Below, piece by piece: positions 9,655 through 18,136 of a DNA stretch of 64,000 bases (the first letter of the stretch is position 1; every line of letters begins with the position of its first letter). This stretch comes from Leptospira sp. (lineage in GTDB: Bacteria > Spirochaetota > Leptospiria > Leptospirales > Leptospiraceae), in NCBI GenBank assembly GCA_034439575.1, contig JAWXAQ010000007.1, forward strand, positions 96,001-160,000, given 5' to 3'. The notes beneath the pieces were generated by a model that was not told the DNA's origin, searched no databases, and worked only from the letters and a program-made list of their open reading frames with translations. A program made the position numbers and the translations under genes.

Positions 9655-9759
9655 CTCGTTCCCATCTCCCTTCCCTCTCACATCCGTGCTCGAAGGAAGG
9701 ACTTCGCCATCCTGGATACGTTACCGATGGAAACAAGCTTTGATGGCCGGAGAAAGATC
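9655..9759 (+). repeat. Intergenic GC-rich repeat, copy 2 (same orientation as copy 1)
   Basis: Shares exact blocks 'cccatctcccttccctctc', 'tgctcgaaggaaggact', 'cgttaccgatggaaacaagctttg' and 'agaaagatc' with 6027-6132. Confidence 0.85.
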
Positions 9760-9777
9760 GAACAACAAGAACTTTAT

Positions 9778-11454
9778 CTAAGCAGATAAAGCCTGATCAA
9801 GTAAGTCTTTTGCGACTACGCGGAGAGCCATTACTTCTTCTGCACCTTCGAAGATGGAGAAAACGCGAGCATCTACAAAGTATCTTGAAACAGGATATTC
9901 TTCTGCATAACCCATACCACCATGAATCTGCATTGCTTCACGTGTTACCCACTCTGCAATTTTTGATGCATAGAGTTTAACAAGCGTTGCTTCCATTTGA
10001 CCTTTGTGGTCGTCGAGAAGTGTTGCAACATAGTTTGTATATTGGCGAGTGGCTTGTGTGATCATAGCCATCTTTGCGATTTTGAATTTTGTTAAAGTAT
10101 AATCGTAGATTGGTTTTGAGAATACTTTTCTTTCTTGCGCATAACGAAGAGCAGCTTCTAAAGCGGCTTGCATCACACCATTGGCACGAGCCGCAGTTTG
10201 GATACGTCCACCAGCAAAACCTTCCATTTGGTAATAAAAACCTTTACCACGTCCAGCCTCGCCACCAAGAAGATTTTCTTTTGGAATAAAATAATCTTCA
10301 AAGGATACTTCATAAGAATGCATTCCACGATAACCGATAGTGCCGATCGCTTTTCCTTGGATCACACCACCACCATCTTGTTTATAACTAAACTCATGTC
10401 CGTCAAAACTTGGCTTTTCAGCGAGCATAATCGATAGGCCTCTATGTTTGAGGCTAGGATCAGATTCAGTACGGCACAAAACAAGAAGAAGGTTCGCATA
10501 ACCTGCGAATGTGCACCATGTCTTAACTCCGTTAATGACAAAGCCACCTTCTACTTCTTTGGCGGTTACAGAAATACCAGCAACATCTGAACCGTAATTT
10601 GGTTCTGTTACCATAATGCCAGCCATTCTTTCGCCGGAAGCAAGGAGTGGTAACCATTTGTTTTTCTGTTCGTCGGTTCCACCTTTTAGTAGAGCCTTTG
10701 ACATGATTTCTGGACGAGTGATTAATGATCCAGCCGCACCGAGAGAACCACGAGAAAGTTCTTCCGTCACAACTAACATAGATATGTTGTCTGGGCGATC
10801 ATCTGGTTGGATACCGCCAAACTTTTCTGGGATACAAAGTCCGAAACAACCCATATCCTTTAATCCATTGATGATCTCCATAGGGATCAAATCATCATGT
10901 CTGTGAACATGTTCTGCTTGTGGAACGACTACGTTCTCTGCGAAGTCTTTGAATATTTGGCGGAAATTTTCGTGATCTTCAGAAAGACCATAGGCACCGA
11001 AGTGACCAAGGTCTACGATCTTATCAACTATGGCTGTATAGTTGTCAATTTTTGAACCAGCTTCTACGTAAGAATTGATTTCATCTGTGAATAATTTGGA
11101 AAAAATTTCTGGATAAGTTAATTCGTATTCGGCGGGTCTTGCGGCCAATTCAGAACGAATGTTTGTAATCGTTTCTGCGGCAAAGGAAAGAGCCATTTGT
11201 TTTTCCAATTCGCCTGTGCCTTTTTTTTCGTCCCAAGCATAAACGATAAAATTCTCAGCAACTCTTTGCTGAGCTGTTAGCCATGCCAATTGATAGAATA
11301 CGTGTTGGGTTTGGTCCATTTTGCTGACAGAAACTTTTCCGTTATCGGAATTTTTCTTTGCCAAACGTTTTGTGACTTCGTTAAGTAGGGAGGCTTGGGC
11401 TTCGAGTGCCTTTTGCGCGGTTGATTTTTCGAGTTTAACTGCAGTTGCGGTCAT
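9778..11454 (-). CDS. Acyl-CoA dehydrogenase with ~150-aa N-terminal extension ((2S)-methylsuccinyl-CoA dehydrogenase-like)
   Basis: 'VTEPNYGSDVA', 'NGVKTWCTFA', 'RIQTAARA', 'QIHGGMGYAEE', 'IFEGAEE'. 558-aa length and N-terminal 'QLAWL' segment resemble the Mcd subfamily. Confidence 0.85.
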   Translation of the reverse strand: MTATAVKLEKSTAQKALEAQASLLNEVTKRLAKKNSDNGKVSVSKMDQTQHVFYQLAWLTAQQRVAENFIVYAWDEKKGTGELEKQMALSFAAETITNIRSELAARPAEYELTYPEIFSKLFTDEINSYVEAGSKIDNYTAIVDKIVDLGHFGAYGLSEDHENFRQIFKDFAENVVVPQAEHVHRHDDLIPMEIINGLKDMGCFGLCIPEKFGGIQPDDRPDNISMLVVTEELSRGSLGAAGSLITRPEIMSKALLKGGTDEQKNKWLPLLASGERMAGIMVTEPNYGSDVAGISVTAKEVEGGFVINGVKTWCTFAGYANLLLVLCRTESDPSLKHRGLSIMLAEKPSFDGHEFSYKQDGGGVIQGKAIGTIGYRGMHSYEVSFEDYFIPKENLLGGEAGRGKGFYYQMEGFAGGRIQTAARANGVMQAALEAALRYAQERKVFSKPIYDYTLTKFKIAKMAMITQATRQYTNYVATLLDDHKGQMEATLVKLYASKIAEWVTREAMQIHGGMGYAEEYPVSRYFVDARVFSIFEGAEEVMALRVVAKDLLDQALSA

Positions 11455-11588
11455 GTTGTTTTCGGTCCTGCGGGAATGTTTTCTTCCACAATACTGAAGG
11501 AAAGTACCCTGTCATTTTCATTTTAGACAAGAGAAAGACCGATTTGGCCGATGGGAAATCATGGTCGGAAGGAGAATTTATCAACGTT

Positions 11589-12104
11589 ATGAGAATTATC
11601 GGCATTGATCCTGGCTCGCACCGTGTTGGCTATGCAGTTCTCTCTTTTCCTGAGGCAAATCGTTCCAAACCAGAACTTCTGGTCTATGGAACCATTGAAG
11701 TGGCACCAAAAACTCCATCTCCCGATAACTTATTACAAATCAAAGAGGAACTCGATGGCATCCTCCAAGAATATAAACCCGACTTCGGATCGGTGGAAGA
11801 ACTATTTTTTTTAAAAAATGTAACAACGGGTATGCGGGTTTCTGAATCGAGAGGTGTGATTTTACTATCTCTGGGAGAAAAAAAAATCCCAGCTGTCCAA
11901 CCTTCAGCTACCCAAATTAAAAAAGGGATCTCAGCTAAGGGCAATGCTTCCAAAAAAGAAGTGCGTCAGGCAATCAAACTTATATTGGGATTTAATAACC
12001 TGACTGGCCACGATGATTCTTGGGATGCCATCGCCGCGGCCTTTGTCGGAAAATCGTTAATTCATGGTTTGGTGCAAGTCAAAAGAAAATCTTCAAACAC
12101 TTGA
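11589..12104 (+). CDS. ruvC: Crossover junction endodeoxyribonuclease RuvC
   Basis: Starts MRIIGIDPG; 'VEELFF', 'GNASKKEV', 'DDSWDAIAAA'. Start moved from 11445 to ATG 11589 (GGAG upstream). Confidence 0.93.
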   Translation: MRIIGIDPGSHRVGYAVLSFPEANRSKPELLVYGTIEVAPKTPSPDNLLQIKEELDGILQEYKPDFGSVEELFFLKNVTTGMRVSESRGVILLSLGEKKIPAVQPSATQIKKGISAKGNASKKEVRQAIKLILGFNNLTGHDDSWDAIAAAFVGKSLIHGLVQVKRKSSNT

Positions 12105-13096
12105 GAAATATAAATTTGTTTGCCAATTGGTAAAGCAGTACTTCCCGCAGAAATTTCTGAACCATCATTGGAATACATGGTTTGCACTTCTTTTGTTTTT
12201 CCGTTAATTTTGAATACTTGAGTGGGAGCCAAATTATCTTTGTTAGACGCATGGCGTAAAAATTTGAACGTCGATGGATGTCCGACTGCCCAAAGGTTTC
12301 CTTCTTCATCTTGCAAAATATTATCTGCCCCACTATCAATGGAGATTTTACTTTGAAAATCCAAGGTTAAATTTCCATTTTCACGTTTGATTTTAAACAC
12401 AGAAAGTGCTTTCTCCGAAAATACAGATCTGTATAATATTTCTTCCCCATTTTCCATACGAATAAAAATTCCATTACCTAAAACCACTTTGTTATCCAAG
12501 TTTTGAAATTTTGTTCCGTCATAATAGGCAATATCAGCTGTTCCCCGTTTGATGATCATATTAAAATATTGCATAAATTTATTTTCTGGACCTCGGTCAT
12601 TGGAGGCAAAAATTTCACCTCTCTCATTTAGAAAAATATCATTCGGTCCAGTGAGGAGCTCGTCTTTCAAAGTTTTTGTATGAACCCATTCATTTCCCGT
12701 TTTTCTCTCAAATAGCTCTATTGAATGTGGAGGTTCATTTTGATTTGTATGTGAAATCACAGCTAAAATATCTTTTCCGTTTACTTTCGCATAACTAATT
12801 CCATGTGGTCTGAAATTTTCAGGATAATTTGTAACTAGTTTAACTGGCTTTTGTTCTGCGATCGGTAGACTTAGATCGATCGTTGCTATCCATCCCAAGT
12901 CTTCCATGTTACGTCTGTTATGCACAGAAACAATTAAATATGGTTTTTGGTCGATTCTGACTAGATCTAAATCTTCAGGACCAGGCACTCCACTTATCTT
13001 TGCACAGGCGACCATATCCTTTTTTTCGATCGGTGAGCCACAAGAAATAAAAAACAGAGTAAGAAACACTACAGTAATGGTGGTTTTTGCGTACAT
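12062..13096 (-). CDS. Arylesterase/paraoxonase (PON)-like six-bladed beta-propeller lipoprotein
   Basis: Lipobox 'FFISC'; 'GPEDL', 'FRPHGIS', 'PNDI', 'NGI', 'ADNI', 'HP' motifs as in PON. Confidence 0.8.
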   Translation of the reverse strand: MYAKTTITVVFLTLFFISCGSPIEKKDMVACAKISGVPGPEDLDLVRIDQKPYLIVSVHNRRNMEDLGWIATIDLSLPIAEQKPVKLVTNYPENFRPHGISYAKVNGKDILAVISHTNQNEPPHSIELFERKTGNEWVHTKTLKDELLTGPNDIFLNERGEIFASNDRGPENKFMQYFNMIIKRGTADIAYYDGTKFQNLDNKVVLGNGIFIRMENGEEILYRSVFSEKALSVFKIKRENGNLTLDFQSKISIDSGADNILQDEEGNLWAVGHPSTFKFLRHASNKDNLAPTQVFKINGKTKEVQTMYSNDGSEISAGSTALPIGKQIYISQVFEDFLLTCTKP

Positions 13097-13197
13097 AGAC
13101 TGAAATTCCTATCGATTCTGGTTTTCTCTAGAAAAATATATTTTCCTTGTCACTTTTGTGCAGTGCAAAATAATGGATTGAGAAGGAGTACTCTCCT

Positions 13198-13491
13198 ATG
13201 AGCAATGTGGAAAACAAATTACAAGAAATCGTAAACGCCGGAATCGGTGCCGTAAAGACTTCGAAAGAAGTTTGGGAAAAACTCGTGGTCGACCTGAACG
13301 AAAAGAAGAGCGAATTTGAAGTAAATTTCAAAAAACTCTCGGAACAAGGCGAAAAAGATACGAGCGACAGTGCCTTGAAAGTAAAAATGGGCGTGGCTTG
13401 GGGAATCGTTCGATTTGACGAACTCAAAGACAATGTCGTAAACTATTTCAACAAAGCGAAGGAACAAAAAACAGAAAATCCTTCTAAATAA
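13198..13491 (+). CDS. Small amphipathic helical (phasin-like) conserved protein
   Basis: Strong RBS AAGGAG; 'IVNAGIGAV...EKLVVDL...GE' phasin-like pattern. Confidence 0.6.
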   Translation: MSNVENKLQEIVNAGIGAVKTSKEVWEKLVVDLNEKKSEFEVNFKKLSEQGEKDTSDSALKVKMGVAWGIVRFDELKDNVVNYFNKAKEQKTENPSK

Positions 13492-13523
13492 GCGGATTCA
13501 TCTCACCATCCTGAATTTTTTCT

Positions 13524-13557
13524 GGCAGGTTTTCTTAGGAAGGCCTGCCGGTTTTTT
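13524..13557 (+). terminator. Rho-independent terminator
   Basis: GGCAGGTTTTC-ttag-GAAGGCCTGCC followed by GGTTTTTT. Confidence 0.7.
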
Positions 13558-13585
13558 CAAGAGTTATGGTCCAATTTTGAATTCC

Positions 13586-13657
13586 TCGGAATGACCAGAT
13601 TTGAACTGGCGACCCCTTGCCCCCCAGACAAGTGCGCTACCGCTGCGCTACATCCCG
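13586..13657 (-). tRNA. tRNA-Pro(GGG)
   Basis: Minus strand CGGGATGTAGCGCAGCGGTAGCGCACTTGT-CTGGGGG-GCAAGGGGTCGCCAGTTCAAATCTGGTCATTCCGA; cloverleaf with anticodon GGG; CCA not encoded. Confidence 0.95.
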
Positions 13658-13756
13658 TTTGATATCTACAATTTTGACAATTGCCGAAATAAACTAAAAA
13701 TAGCAATTCTTTCTCGTAAGGTTTTTCGATTGATCACTTCCATCGAAACAAACATC

Positions 13757-13783
13757 GTTTCCATCGGTAGCGGAGACATGGAT
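13757..13783 (-). repeat. 27-nt fragment of the intergenic repeat (inverted), overlapping the AraC RBS and ATG
   Basis: gtttccatcggtagcggagacatggat matches the reverse complement of 6081-6107 at 26/27. Confidence 0.8.
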
Positions 13784-14572
13784 TTTGAAAGCAAAAGCAG
13801 ACTTTATTTATGGAATAGTCGAGTTATGTTTGCAACTAACAGTATGCAAACGGATTTCCATTCGCATTATGCCGCTACACTTGCCATTTCATTAGATAAA
13901 AATATTACAATCGAAACGGAGATAGGCAAAGAAGATTACCGCGTTGCTTTAGTGGGCCCAAATACTTACCACCGAACCATTTCGCCTGGTGTAGAAATGA
14001 TAGCCTTACTCATAGATCCAGAAACTTATGAATTTGGTTCGATTTCTAATTCTATTTCAACGGGGGAAGTGAAAAGATTAGACATTCAAAAATTTTACCC
14101 CCTAATCGATTCTCTTTGGTCATTGTATTATGGTAATTTGAACGACGAAGACGCCACCAAACTTCAATTAAATTTACTTCGAACTGTATATCCATTCGAA
14201 TCATTAGAAAAGGATATAGATCCAAGGATTCAAAAGATTGCAAAAAAAATTCGATTAGAAGTCCCCGATAGCATTCGCATGAAAGAAATTGGAAAAGACT
14301 TTTCTATTTCAGAAGATAGATTGATTCGATTGTTTAAAGAAAATCTAGGAATTCCACTTCGAAGGTATTTATTATGGGTTCGTATCCTACGGGCAGTCAA
14401 AGAAATTAAAGCTGGGAATAACTTAACAGAAGCGGCTCATGCAGCTGGATTTTCTGATTCTGCTCATTTTTCCAGAACCTTTAAAGAAAACTTTGGATTT
14501 ATACCTTCGTTATTTTTCGGACATCTTAAAACCGCAGAAGTTCGATTTTGTGAACCAGATGATATTTATTAA
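13778..14572 (+). CDS. AraC-family transcriptional regulator
   Basis: N-terminal 'HSH' cupin-like region; C-terminal 'SEDRLIRLFKE..G', 'LTEAAHAAGFSDSAHFSRTFK'. Start placed at ATG 13778 because the longer ORF overlaps tRNA-Pro. Confidence 0.92.
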   Translation: MDFESKSRLYLWNSRVMFATNSMQTDFHSHYAATLAISLDKNITIETEIGKEDYRVALVGPNTYHRTISPGVEMIALLIDPETYEFGSISNSISTGEVKRLDIQKFYPLIDSLWSLYYGNLNDEDATKLQLNLLRTVYPFESLEKDIDPRIQKIAKKIRLEVPDSIRMKEIGKDFSISEDRLIRLFKENLGIPLRRYLLWVRILRAVKEIKAGNNLTEAAHAAGFSDSAHFSRTFKENFGFIPSLFFGHLKTAEVRFCEPDDIY

Positions 14573-14655
14573 TAAATCTTAAAAACAACGGAATCATTCA
14601 AGCCTAGAATTTTTATATTTGTTATTCTCTTTTTCTAACAAGGAAAAGAAAACCA

Positions 14656-15543
14656 ATGCCCATAACTAAAGAAAGAGGATTCTTATCCAAATTATCTTCC
14701 AAGTTCTCCAAACTAAATTCTGAATCGATTCGAATTCCCAATGCGGAAGAAAAAGCAGGGTTTTTAAAAGCACAAAAACTTGCTTATGAATGTGTAACCA
14801 CCATTGAAAAAGAAATGGTCCCTGGATGTACGGAAAAACAAACCACCAAACGGATGGATGAATTTTTACGCGATCATGGTGTGAAAGTATTTTTACACCG
14901 ACCCTTTGCTTGGTTTGGTGAACATGCAAGGTTTGATGGTTATAAACGATTTACTCAATTTCATCCTGGTAACAAAACTTTAAAAGAAGAGGAAACATTC
15001 ATTCTGGATGTTTCCCCAGTTGTTGATGGTTATATCGGTGATATTGGTTACTCATCTTCTTTAGTTAAAAATTCTGAACTCGATTTTGGTATGGAATATC
15101 TATTAGAACTTCGAGATAAAATTCCTAAATACTTTAGTTCCTCGCTAACTCCATCAGAGATTTGGTGGCAAATTGATTTAGAAGCAAAAAATGCTGGATT
15201 TGATAATGTACATGCTTTGTATCCCTTTGCAGTACTAGGACATCGAGTGTATAAAGTCAATTTACCCAATATCTCTTTTCCATTATTGCCAATTAGTTTT
15301 GCTAGTTGGTTTAGTTTGCAGGGATCGTATGAATTTTTATCACATAAAGTTTTACCTGAACTATTAACACCAGATCACGAAGGAGACAAGGTCGGGTTAT
15401 GGGCCATTGAGCCGCATTTAGGTAGAGGAAAAACTGGATTTAAATTCGAAGAAATATTAGTCGTTGAAGAAAACAAAGCTTACTGGTTAGACGATGATGT
15501 TCCGCATGTTAAAAAATACCAAACCCTAAAGGAAACAATATGA
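14656..15543 (+). CDS. M24-family (pita-bread fold) metallohydrolase
   Basis: Metal ligands D (LDVSP), D (GDIG), H (LGHR), E (IEPH), E (FEE). Confidence 0.8.
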   Translation: MPITKERGFLSKLSSKFSKLNSESIRIPNAEEKAGFLKAQKLAYECVTTIEKEMVPGCTEKQTTKRMDEFLRDHGVKVFLHRPFAWFGEHARFDGYKRFTQFHPGNKTLKEEETFILDVSPVVDGYIGDIGYSSSLVKNSELDFGMEYLLELRDKIPKYFSSSLTPSEIWWQIDLEAKNAGFDNVHALYPFAVLGHRVYKVNLPNISFPLLPISFASWFSLQGSYEFLSHKVLPELLTPDHEGDKVGLWAIEPHLGRGKTGFKFEEILVVEENKAYWLDDDVPHVKKYQTLKETI

Positions 15544-16775
15544 ATTTTAAATTACCTCAATCTTTAGTAATCATCTTTTTATTATCCTTTGGATGTAATA
15601 CTGGAAATATCAAAATTGGCAAAGCTTACAAACTAGGTAATGTTCCAAATTCTATTTTAGAAGTAAATAAACCAGATCCTTTTTTAACTAATTTAAAAGT
15701 CGACTTACCTGAGTTACCTGGTCATGATGATCTAATTTTTGATAATCAAAATCAGATCGCCTTTGCTTCCGGTATGGATGGTTGGATTTGGAAATTAGAT
15801 TTTAAATCGAATTCTGCAACAGCTTGGGTAAAACCTCCTGTGAATCCAGCAGGATTACAATTTTCAAATCAATCAAATGAATCTATTTTGGTATGTGCTT
15901 CAAAACTTGGTGGAGTTACTTATGATGAAACCAATCGTGTTGGTTTGTATGAAGTGAACATAAAATCAAAAACAATTCTACCACTTCTAATCTCATTACC
16001 AAAAATCGAAATTAATGATTTTGAAACCGTATATTCCGAATCGAATCGGCCAACGTTTGCATTAAAGAGTTTAAACGAATCTAACTCGAGAGCTTTTTCA
16101 TTATGTAATGACCTTGCTGTGTCCAAAGATGGAAACAGAGTTTATATCTCGGAACCTTTTGAAAGGTCTGATGCCGCTATGGGAAGTGGAGCTGTTCCTG
16201 AAGCAATTGGTCTCTATCCCCATGGAAAACTTTGGATGTTTGATCGAAAACAAAATACCGTTTCACTGATTATGAATGGATTCACTTTTGTGGACGGTAT
16301 CATCATCGCAGAACATTCCAATACAAAAGAAGAAGCAGTGATCATCACTGAAACAACAAAGTTTAGAATCATCAAAGCATATATTAGTGGAATCAAAGAA
16401 GGAACTTCGGAAGTTTTATTTGAAAACCTACCTGGCCTTGCCGATGGAATCGAACGAGATACAAAAGGAAGGCTTTGGATTGGGATCATCAAACCACGTT
16501 CTGGTCTTATCAATATGGTTCACAACAATCCATGGCTAAAACCTTTTTTGTTATCAATTCCAAAGCGAATTTTACCAATTGCTAAAAAAACAGGAATTTT
16601 GGTGCTCGATCCCACTGGTAAAAAAGCACTTTATTATTCAATGCATGATGGATCTAAAATAAAAGATATCTCTGTCGCTGTTCCCAATTTAGAAACGGTT
16701 TACTTTCCATCGTTTGATACATCCTCTCGAGGTCTATATTCAATTCCTATCACAAGTTTTAAGTTAGGCGAATAG
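15540..16775 (+). CDS. Strictosidine-synthase-like / SMP-30 beta-propeller lipoprotein
   Basis: Lipobox 'LSFGC'; 'CNDLAVSKDG', 'FVDGI', 'LPGLADGI...GRLWIG'. ATGA overlap with the M24 gene. Confidence 0.8.
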   Translation: MNFKLPQSLVIIFLLSFGCNTGNIKIGKAYKLGNVPNSILEVNKPDPFLTNLKVDLPELPGHDDLIFDNQNQIAFASGMDGWIWKLDFKSNSATAWVKPPVNPAGLQFSNQSNESILVCASKLGGVTYDETNRVGLYEVNIKSKTILPLLISLPKIEINDFETVYSESNRPTFALKSLNESNSRAFSLCNDLAVSKDGNRVYISEPFERSDAAMGSGAVPEAIGLYPHGKLWMFDRKQNTVSLIMNGFTFVDGIIIAEHSNTKEEAVIITETTKFRIIKAYISGIKEGTSEVLFENLPGLADGIERDTKGRLWIGIIKPRSGLINMVHNNPWLKPFLLSIPKRILPIAKKTGILVLDPTGKKALYYSMHDGSKIKDISVAVPNLETVYFPSFDTSSRGLYSIPITSFKLGE

Positions 16776-16786
16776 AAAATAAAATT

Positions 16787-18082
16787 ATGAAGATCAATAT
16801 GAACCAACCTACAATGAATTTTTGGACTCTTAAAACACTTACAATCATTAGTTTGTTTTTAATTTTATTTTCTTGTCGAACACCAGAGGAATACTTTAAA
16901 AACCAAATTAAAGGTCCGGTGGATCTACCTTACCATCCATCCATAATCGCTTTAAAATCAGAAGGAGATCCTATCAAAGAAAATGTTACGATCAGCGGGT
17001 CAACACTGCCGGCGCAAGATGAAATTCTATTACAAGAAGATTTAGGTAGGGCATTCGTTGCTTCAATTGATGGATGGATTTGGAAAGTTGACCTTACCAA
17101 CAATCATGCAGAACCGTTTGTAAAAACTCCACTTTTACCAGGAGGAATGGTCTTTCATCCCAAAAATAAGGATATCATTTTTATGTGTTTGTCGAGGGGA
17201 AAACAACATGTTGATAATCTCGTTGATATACCTGGAATTTATGAATTAACGATTTCAACCAAACAATTTCGTAAAATTGGAACTCGTGTCCCTTTAGTTG
17301 ATAAAACAAAAGAACCTTCAGTCAATCAGATAGGTATATTTTATCCTCATGGCAAAGAAACAAAAATCCCAATCTCTGGATTAAATGATACTAACAGTCG
17401 CAATGTGGAAAAGGCAGACGACCTAGCAATTAGTAAAGACGGGGAACGAATTTATTTTACAGAACCATACGATCATCCTAACTCTATTCTTGGTGTGAGT
17501 TCCCAATCCAAACATGAAGTACTCACTTTGGGACGTAATGGCCATCTCTGGAAATACGATCTAAAAGATAACACAGCAAGTTTAATCGCATACCAATATA
17601 CCTACTTAGATGGAATTTTATTTGAATACAACCAAGGGGAAAAAGAATCTTCCATTTTACTAAATGAACTTTCCAAATCTCGACTCATTCGATTACACCT
17701 AACTGGCGATAAAGAAGGAAAAGATGAGAATGTGATCGAAGGGCTTCCTGGTTTTCCCGATGGTATGGATAGAGATCCCTCTGGCAGAATTTGGATCGCC
17801 ATTCCTGTGGAAAGATCCAAATTAATTACTTGGTTACACAAACATCCTTTTTGGAAACGAATTGCCCTCTATATACCAGAGAGTCTACAACCAGTTTCTA
17901 AAAAAACAGGAATACTAACATTATCTCCTGACGGATCAAAACCATTGTATTATTCCCTTCATAATGGTAGTTTATTTTCCTATATCATCGTAGTTGTTCC
18001 TGGCAAAGAAAAATTATATTTGGCAGTATACCAAGATGGATTCAAAGGATTTGTCACAATGCCATATCCTAACAATATTTAG
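16787..18082 (+). CDS. Strictosidine-synthase-like / SMP-30 beta-propeller lipoprotein (paralog of the previous gene)
   Basis: Lipobox 'LFSC'; 'DGWIWK', 'ADDLAISKDG', 'LPGFPDGMDRD..GRIWIA', 'KKTGIL' shared with 15540-16775. Confidence 0.8.
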   Translation: MKINMNQPTMNFWTLKTLTIISLFLILFSCRTPEEYFKNQIKGPVDLPYHPSIIALKSEGDPIKENVTISGSTLPAQDEILLQEDLGRAFVASIDGWIWKVDLTNNHAEPFVKTPLLPGGMVFHPKNKDIIFMCLSRGKQHVDNLVDIPGIYELTISTKQFRKIGTRVPLVDKTKEPSVNQIGIFYPHGKETKIPISGLNDTNSRNVEKADDLAISKDGERIYFTEPYDHPNSILGVSSQSKHEVLTLGRNGHLWKYDLKDNTASLIAYQYTYLDGILFEYNQGEKESSILLNELSKSRLIRLHLTGDKEGKDENVIEGLPGFPDGMDRDPSGRIWIAIPVERSKLITWLHKHPFWKRIALYIPESLQPVSKKTGILTLSPDGSKPLYYSLHNGSLFSYIIVVVPGKEKLYLAVYQDGFKGFVTMPYPNNI

Positions 18083-18136
18083 TTGATAGAATTAAAATTC
18101 TCTTGTTAAATCACAAACGGAAAAAATCATAGGAGC

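Noticed and set aside
11445-11588. Extended RuvC N-terminus in the ORF track
   Set aside because: RuvC begins at MRIIGIDPG; the extension overlaps the divergent ACAD start and promoter region.
13601-13777. N-terminal extension of the AraC ORF in the track
   Set aside because: It is the antisense of tRNA-Pro plus spacer; ATG 13778 is the more plausible start.
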